In this document: one piece after another, positions 58,596 through 64,000 of the stretch | How positions within the stretch are numbered: the first letter of the stretch is position 1 | How the letters are laid out: each line of letters opens with the position of its first letter | Source of the DNA: Chloroflexota bacterium | GTDB lineage: Bacteria; Chloroflexota; Dehalococcoidia; Dehalococcoidales; RBG-16-60-22 | Reading direction: 5' to 3' | NCBI GenBank assembly: GCA_018829775.1 | Contig: JAHJTL010000061.1 | Location: forward strand, 5,280-69,279 | Length of the DNA stretch: 64,000 bases | Position numbers and translations under genes: made by a program | The notes under the pieces: model-generated | The model's database searches: none | Told to the model about the DNA's origin: nothing | The model's input: the letters and a program-made list of their open reading frames with translations, nothing else

Positions 58596-58754
58596 AAGTA
58601 TCTACCCCCTGAATGCTTTCAGCTCATGTTATATATAGCTATTCTGACATACAATGTAGTTATGATTTTTAAATAAAATTCCCTCTGTACAGAATATTTG
58701 AGCTAGAAAAAAGGTGTGCCTCTTCCAAACCTGTTTCACCTCTGCCACCCTTCG

Positions 58755-59786
58755 TCAACTGTCCCAGCTGTCCATGTCAGTAATTGCCTGGCAAAGGACT
58801 TCCACCGCACGTTCCGCGTTGCTCAGGTCGGCCACTTCGGTTGGGGAGTGGCTATATCTCCTGGCCGCCACGTACATAAATGTGGACTCAACCTCTGGAT
58901 TTACCTCGTAGGCAATACTATGGTCAGACCAAATCCCCGTGTTCACATCAACGTGGAATGGAATATTCAATTTCTTGGCAGCTTCTATTAATAGCCGGTT
59001 CAAACGAGGACTGGCAAAGTTGTACGTTGCAGGGTAGGGGACAGTGGGCTGGATAAAGGAGAGCCGGCGTACGCCCAGTCCTGTGCTCATGGGGACGGTG
59101 CGCTGGATATCGGGCACGGCATCCTGAGCAAAACCGGTATCCAGGGCAATAAACCAGTCGGGGGTTATCTTTCGCAAAAAATGCCTGACCCCAAAACTGC
59201 CTATCTCCTCCTGAACCGAGCCAACGAAGTAAATATCGTGACGTGACGGTTTGGTTAGTCTGCGGGCTACGTCAACGAGAACGGCACAGCCGACCCGATC
59301 ATCAATGGAAGGGCTCGCCAGTATCGTTTTCTCATCGTCAAGCCACCGGGATGGGGTAGCAAAGACTATGGGGTCACCCACCGAGACAGATTCCTGTCGG
59401 TTGCCTACGTCTATCCACAGGGTGCCCATTTCGTTGCCGCCAACGGTGCTGGTAGCGCAGACCACCCCCGGGATATCCCGCTCGGCACCCAGGATGAGCA
59501 CCGGTGTGCCGGGCAGGTTGCCGAAATCAATCCAGCCTAACTTGTCAAACCAGACAAATTCATCCACCTTCTGCACCACCATGCTGACCTGGTCCATATG
59601 AGCGACCAGCGCCAGCGAGCGCTTCCCCTCAGTTCCCTTTTTCCTGGCGATGAGGTTGCCGATTTTATCAATGTAGAGTTCATCGACGTGGTCTTTGAGA
59701 AGCTCCTGGAGCCGTCTGGCTACCCGACCTTCAAAACCGGTGGGACCGGGGATTTGAATCAATTCATAAACTAGGTCACCTATCAT
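58755..59786 (-). CDS. M42-family aminopeptidase (FrvX/glutamyl aminopeptidase-like)
   Basis: ELIQIPGPTGFEGRV, LVAHMDQV, DDRVGC and QEEIG. Confidence 0.85.
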   Translation of the reverse strand: MIGDLVYELIQIPGPTGFEGRVARRLQELLKDHVDELYIDKIGNLIARKKGTEGKRSLALVAHMDQVSMVVQKVDEFVWFDKLGWIDFGNLPGTPVLILGAERDIPGVVCATSTVGGNEMGTLWIDVGNRQESVSVGDPIVFATPSRWLDDEKTILASPSIDDRVGCAVLVDVARRLTKPSRHDIYFVGSVQEEIGSFGVRHFLRKITPDWFIALDTGFAQDAVPDIQRTVPMSTGLGVRRLSFIQPTVPYPATYNFASPRLNRLLIEAAKKLNIPFHVDVNTGIWSDHSIAYEVNPEVESTFMYVAARRYSHSPTEVADLSNAERAVEVLCQAITDMDSWDS

Positions 59787-59932
59787 GACAAACCTCTTTC
59801 AATAACTAAAGACAGCCACCAAAGAGCAATCATAGCATTGCTCTTTCTCACGTGTCAAACCAGCTGAAATCTTCAACAGAGGTGGAAACCGAATTTCACG
59901 TGTGGCTGTATTTATGCTATACTTGGCCTTGT

Positions 59933-59978
59933 GCCAGCGTAGCTCAGGGGTAGAGCAGCGGTTTCGTAATCTGTTGCC
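59933..59978 (+). pseudogene. Truncated tRNA-Thr(CGT)-like gene: acceptor 5' strand, D arm and anticodon arm only
   Basis: GCCAGCG-TA-GCTCAGGGGTAGAGC-A-GCGGT-TTCGTAA-TCTGT. No T arm (GGTTCGAAT-type) and no acceptor 3' strand (CGCTGGC) was seen in the ~1 kb read downstream. Confidence 0.6.
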
Positions 59979-59984
59979 CACTCT

Positions 59985-61018
59985 AACAAACAATGCTTTC
60001 ACGTACCAATTAGGACGTTTGTGTAAATTGAGAAAATGCTGGTTTGTGTCTAGAATACCAACTTGTGTTAACCCGTTTTATTCAGTCTATTAGCAAATTA
60101 TTAGCAAAATTTTAACTAGAAATTGAGCCTGGACACTGAGCCAAAAAAGAATTTATGACCCTGGCCAAAGTGGAAATTATGAAGAAAACGTGGCCGAGGA
60201 CAAAGCAGATACATATTCCTCGAAAAAATTCAATTCCTCCTAGTAAGTTAGAAAAAAGGAGACTCAGGTTATCCGTCAGGGAGTTGGAAGACTATCCGAA
60301 CCCCCCTTTTTATTTTCCAAAAGTCACGAAACAAGCGTTTGTTAACTAAACTACTTATGCTTGATAAGCGTGTAACTAGAAGCCCGTTACAGCTTTTACT
60401 CACACATGGTGAGACAAGATATTCAGCCAGCTACTGAATTTTTTCTCCTTCTCGTTCCGAGATAAGCTCACTGAAGTAAGCACTGATCTTTTCTCGGTCC
60501 TAGACTTGCTTAACTATGATGTCTTTCGGAAGATAGAGAAATATGTTATGATAGCTCCCCACAAGGAGAACTCCTGTTTTCTCCCTCCTCTAGAGTTTCA
60601 TTGATCGTTTTGGTTACGATTTTATCTCTTTCCTTTGTCAACTGGTTCTTACTGAGTTTATAACTGGCATAGGTGATGGTCTTCTCCGCATTCAACCTTT
60701 GGCGAGTAAGTCCAGTGATATATTCGTGCTCCTCTTTGAGGAGAGGGGCGTTCTCGGTTTTTTACCTCAGCGCCCCTTGCAATTAGGATTAGGATAATTT
60801 GGTGAGTCTTGTTCCCACGTTTTGCCCCTCCTCAATAATTCTTCTGTCCAGTGCACCATCTGCCAGCAGCCCATCCTGATATATCTTCAGGGGGGAAGAA
60901 GTATCAACAGTGACAAAATAATCCATCTATTATACTTCCCCAAAATTTAGCTACCCTCTCTTTATGTTTAACCCACCTCTTCTGTTAGATATTAGGATAA
61001 TACGGATTCTGTCCAAGG
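59985..61018. other. AT-rich, ORF-poor tract with stop-interrupted reading frames (degraded coding DNA)
   Basis: The longest ORF is 64 aa. Minus-strand frames give ...KTENAPLLKEEHEYITGLTRQRLNAEKTITYASYKL...* and ...DREKISAYFSELISEREGEKIQ*LAEYLV..., broken by stops and frame changes. A tandem TATTAGCAAA x2 lies at 60088-60108. Confidence 0.4.
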
Positions 61019-62938
61019 CTATATCTCCAAACCAATACGATAGCCCTCGGCAATCGCATCGCGTATTGTTCTTGGCGCTATGCAATCTCCAATACAATGA
61101 GCTTCTGGCACCTTATCTTTGATGCCCTGGTAAAGCTTCTTCTCGGGGATAGCCCCTGTCGCTAGAACTACGGTGTCGGCCTCAATTGTTTTCTTCTCCC
61201 CTTCCTTGGTGGTTACCACAACGCCGTTAGATGTAACTTCGTTGTACTTAATTTCAGGAATCAAGGTAACTCCTTTTTCCAAAAGCCTACCCAAGAAGAA
61301 GGCTCTAAGGGTACGTCCTACCCCTAAAGCCATTTCGGGACTCCTTCGTGTGACGGTAACTTTCTTTCCCTTTTCGGCGAGAAACTCCGCGGTCTCGCAG
61401 CCCACCACTTCTCCTCCAATGACGATAACCCTATCACCCGTCTCAACCTTGCCTTCCAGAACATCTCCCGCTTGGACGACATGAGCTTGATCCATCCCAG
61501 GAATCTCGGGAACCAAAGGTTTCACCCCGGTGGCCAATACAACCACCTCAGGTTTAAACTCCTCAATCATAGTGGTGGTGGCCTCTTTGCCCAATTCGAC
61601 CTCGACATCAAGCTTCTTCAACTGTGTCTGAAGGTATATGGTCAAGCGGGCAATCCGGTCTTTCTGCGGTGGAATCGCCGCCTGGATTAACTGTCCTCCC
61701 AGTCTGGGTTCCTTTTCCCAGAGTGTTACCTTGTGTCCTCTAAGCGCGGCTACCCTAGCGGCTTCCATGCCACCAGGACCACCGCCAACTACCAGGACTT
61801 TGCGGGGCTTCTTGGCCGGGAGGATCTTGTATTCCTCTTCCCTTCCTAGGGCAACGTTTACCTGACATCGAATGCCTACCACGGTAGGAGAGCCCACGTC
61901 ATCCCGACATCCAAAGCAGACTGTGCATGGGGTAATGTCGTCTAGTCGCCCAGAGGCCACCTTGCTGGGAAGCTCTGGATCGGCTAGGAGACCCTTGCCA
62001 ATAGCGATAAGGTCTGCTTTACCCTCCGCCAGAATACTTTCGGCCGCTTCGGGGGTGATCCTCCCCACGGCTATTACAGGCACGGTGACTACTTTCTTGA
62101 TCCCCTCTGCCAAGTCCGCAATGATAGCTGGGACAAATGTGGAAGTGGTCAAGACGACGGGAGCTCTGGGCCCAGCAGCGCTTACGTGGATGGCATCAGC
62201 ACTAGCGTCTTGAGCCATTCGGGCTATCTCCTTGGCCTCCTCCAGAGACGTTCCCTCGTCTATTCCATATTCCTTGCCATTGATGCGACACCAGATTGGA
62301 TAGCCTCTCCCTACCGCTCCTCTGATAGCCTTTATGACTTCAATGAGGAACCTGGCTCGCTTCGGCACATCGCCCCCGTAGTCATCCTGCCGCTTGTTCG
62401 AGGAGGGGGACAGAAATTGATCAACGAGAAAACCATGCGCTCCGTGGATTTCAACTCCGTCGAACCCGGCCTTCTTCGCTCTTAGTGCTGCCTCGGCAAA
62501 AGAGGCTATGATTTCTGCTATCTCGTCCACCGTCAACTCTTTAGGTACCTCGCCTCCTAAGACAGCCAATGGTGAAGGAGCTACAGGTTGCATTCCACTC
62601 AATGCCGATTTGGCTGTCCTGCCCCCATGGAATAGTTGGATAGCTGCTTTGCTGCCGTGCTTGTGAATAGTCTGGACCAGTTGGCTCAGACCTGAAATAC
62701 ATGTGTCATCGCTGATGCTCAGCTGGTTCGGGAAAGACTTTCCGTGTAGATGAACATAGGGGGCTTCAACGATGATCAGGCCTGCCCCACCCCGAGCACG
62801 GGCCTCATAGTAGTTCTTAGTGCGCTCTGTGACGTATCCTTCTTCGCTGCCATACCGGGTTAGCATAGCGGGCATCACTATCCGGTTTCTGAGCTCCATC
62901 TGCCCTATCCGAAAAGGTTCCAAGAGCAGTTTTCTCAT
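61019..62938 (-). CDS. Old-Yellow-Enzyme-domain / FAD-NAD(P) oxidoreductase fusion (2,4-dienoyl-CoA reductase FadH-like)
   Basis: The N-terminal TIM barrel is LRNRIVMPAM...GFDGVEIHGAHGFL. The 4Fe-4S motif is CTVCFGCRD...C. The C-terminal part is VVGGGPGGMEAA plus a second dinucleotide fold. The RBS is AAGGAGGGAG. Confidence 0.85.
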   Translation of the reverse strand: MRKLLLEPFRIGQMELRNRIVMPAMLTRYGSEEGYVTERTKNYYEARARGGAGLIIVEAPYVHLHGKSFPNQLSISDDTCISGLSQLVQTIHKHGSKAAIQLFHGGRTAKSALSGMQPVAPSPLAVLGGEVPKELTVDEIAEIIASFAEAALRAKKAGFDGVEIHGAHGFLVDQFLSPSSNKRQDDYGGDVPKRARFLIEVIKAIRGAVGRGYPIWCRINGKEYGIDEGTSLEEAKEIARMAQDASADAIHVSAAGPRAPVVLTTSTFVPAIIADLAEGIKKVVTVPVIAVGRITPEAAESILAEGKADLIAIGKGLLADPELPSKVASGRLDDITPCTVCFGCRDDVGSPTVVGIRCQVNVALGREEEYKILPAKKPRKVLVVGGGPGGMEAARVAALRGHKVTLWEKEPRLGGQLIQAAIPPQKDRIARLTIYLQTQLKKLDVEVELGKEATTTMIEEFKPEVVVLATGVKPLVPEIPGMDQAHVVQAGDVLEGKVETGDRVIVIGGEVVGCETAEFLAEKGKKVTVTRRSPEMALGVGRTLRAFFLGRLLEKGVTLIPEIKYNEVTSNGVVVTTKEGEKKTIEADTVVLATGAIPEKKLYQGIKDKVPEAHCIGDCIAPRTIRDAIAEGYRIGLEI

Positions 62939-63210
62939 CTCTCCCTCCTTTTTTCATAAACGAAATTCATAAATAATCCATTTTTGCGCTCTGCTTTGGA
63001 AAGTTAGTAATCGATTTCACATGTAATCTCCAATGACGTTATCCGTGATATAGACCGGTGCAATCTGTAGATACGCGCTCATACGGGTGTGTGGACACTG
63101 CCGAATATTGCAACAGTAACGCAACTCTCTCCAGTTTCACTTTTAGTTTCCCATAAATCACTACCTTATTTCTCGGACGGTTTTCATAGCCTGGAACTTA
63201 AATAGAATCA

Positions 63211-64000
63211 TTACTTTATCATCATACTGGGTAACCAGAGGATTATGTCAGGGAAAATTATGAACAGGCCAAGGCCGATGGCGATAAGCGCAACGAACGG
63301 AATTACCCCGCGGATGATGTCAGCCGTAGTTATCCCCAACCCCGGGTCAGCGGCACCCCGAACATAGAATATGGCATAAGCGAGGGGAGGAGTCATGAAG
63401 GACATCTGAAGGTTAACGATAATCATCATGGCAAACCAGAGGGAGTTAAAACCCAAAGCATCGCCGATGGGTGTTATTATCGGGATCATGATGAAGATAA
63501 TGCCTATCCAATCAATAAACATTCCCAGGATAAATACGATAAACATGATGACCGCAAAAGCACCCCAGCGCCCGCCCGGGGAAGCTAGAACGAGATCCTT
63601 GACTACGTCTCCACCCCCCAAGCCGAGAAACACGCCGGTGAACATGTAACCGCCGACGGCAATGAATATTACCATGCTACTGACCCTCATCGTCTGAAGT
63701 GCCACTTCTTTCAGAACTTGCCAGCCAAACTTGCGGTAGCCAATGGCCAGAAGTGTGGCGGCAAAGGCACCTACCGATGCGGCTTCAGTGGGAGGCGCTA
63801 TTCCGAAGAAGATACTGCCCAGTACTGCTAGGACAAGTACCGCTGGCGGAACCAGCGAGGCAAGAAGTATAGTGGTTTTCTTAATGAAAGGGACGGCTCT
63901 CTCTTCAGAAGGCACTGCCGGCGCTATCGCTGGTTGAAGTAAACACCTGAGGGCAATATAGCTACAGTACAAACCAGAGAGGACAAGACCTGGGAAAATA
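63211..64000 (-). CDS. dctM: TRAP transporter large permease DctM (C-terminal part; gene continues beyond window)
   Basis: It is polytopic and hydrophobic (...FIDWIGIIFIMIPIITPI...MTPPLAYAIFY...). The frame stays open from 63972 to the window edge (IFPGLVLSG-). Confidence 0.85.
   Translation of the reverse strand, partial: IFPGLVLSGLYCSYIALRCLLQPAIAPAVPSEERAVPFIKKTTILLASLVPPAVLVLAVLGSIFFGIAPPTEAASVGAFAATLLAIGYRKFGWQVLKEVALQTMRVSSMVIFIAVGGYMFTGVFLGLGGGDVVKDLVLASPGGRWGAFAVIMFIVFILGMFIDWIGIIFIMIPIITPIGDALGFNSLWFAMMIIVNLQMSFMTPPLAYAIFYVRGAADPGLGITTADIIRGVIPFVALIAIGLGLFIIFPDIILWLPSMMIK

Noticed and set aside
59821-59846. A hairpin AAAGAGCAAT-CATAGC-ATTGCTCTTT upstream of the M42 peptidase gene, plus two TCACGTGT boxes (59848-59855, 59896-59903).
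   Set aside because: The stem is AU-rich (3 GC pairs) with no clean T-run. There is no upstream minus-strand gene close enough to need a terminator. The boxes contain only the common CACGTG palindrome, so evidence for a regulatory call is insufficient.
60155-60349. A 64-aa ORF (MTLAKVEIMKKTWPRTKQIH...) in the AT-rich tract.
   Set aside because: It has no RBS or family resemblance, and it overlaps equally plausible broken frames on the other strand. It is treated as part of the degraded tract.
59933-60400. The idea that the tRNA-Thr-like 5' half is exon 1 of an intron-containing tRNA (a group I intron in the anticodon region).
   Set aside because: No 3' exon (anticodon-stem complement, T arm, CGCTGGC acceptor strand) was seen in the ~1 kb read downstream. 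The fragment already includes a 3' anticodon-stem strand. A group I core could not be recognised by eye.

Overview
This 64-kb window is a bacterial chromosomal segment, roughly mid-50s % GC by eye. All calls come from reading the supplied ORF translations and the DNA; no searches were run. The protein sequences and gene order look Chloroflexota/Dehalococcoidia-like, but that lineage guess is low confidence.

Layout:
- 1-2.1 kb: a geranylgeranyl-reductase-like gene, an N-terminally extended GreA, and tRNA-Ala(CGC).
- 2.1-4.6 kb: an AT-richer scar next to the tRNA. It holds a recombinase remnant and a DUF167 gene. It also holds an alpha/beta-hydrolase gene split by a ~1.26-kb foreign block. That block carries one intact PD-(D/E)XK-type ORF between a truncated WYL-like regulator tail and a truncated DEDD exonuclease head.
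- 4.5-20.7 kb: an accessory-looking metabolic stretch. It contains an N-carbamoyl-amino-acid hydrolase, an M20 peptidase, an ornithine cyclodeaminase-family gene and an enolase-superfamily gene. It also contains a PPi-type PFK / class II FBA / GlpX trio, an aldo-keto reductase and an amidohydrolase. A tight SDR / Ldh_2 / corrinoid protein / URO-D-like methyltransferase operon follows, then a second SDR and an Asp/Glu racemase.
- 20.7-30.1 kb: housekeeping genes (trpS, rtcB-archease, ahcY-metK, DAHP synthase, a Dph6-like PP-loop ATPase, a phosphohexomutase). A small AT-rich islet between metK and the DAHP synthase encodes an unknown membrane protein.
- 30.2-50.3 kb (minus strand): a complete str/S10/spc/alpha ribosomal super-operon running from rpsL to rpsI. 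It has no tuf, and it includes truA, a long low-complexity tail on uS3, and many Zn-ribbon (Cys-containing) protein forms.
- 50.5-58.6 kb (minus strand): a co-directional cluster of DUF2148, 2-hydroxyacid dehydrogenase, AcoX/NAD-kinase-like, lipoyl E2, AhpD-like CxxC protein, Lpd (E3), LipB, LipA and an HpcH aldolase. No E1 component is in the window.
- 58.7-64 kb: an M42 peptidase, a truncated tRNA-Thr-like 5' fragment, and ~1 kb of stop-riddled AT-rich DNA. A lower-GC 2,4-dienoyl-CoA-reductase-like flavoenzyme and a TRAP DctM permease (partial at the window edge) close the window.

No rRNA, CRISPR array, intact transposase or intact integrase was seen.

The three most unusual loci are hypotheses that need database and structure checks:
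- the clipped regulator-nuclease-exonuclease block inside the hydrolase gene;
- the dehydrogenase-linked corrinoid methyltransferase operon;
- the E1-less lipoyl/AhpD-like cluster.
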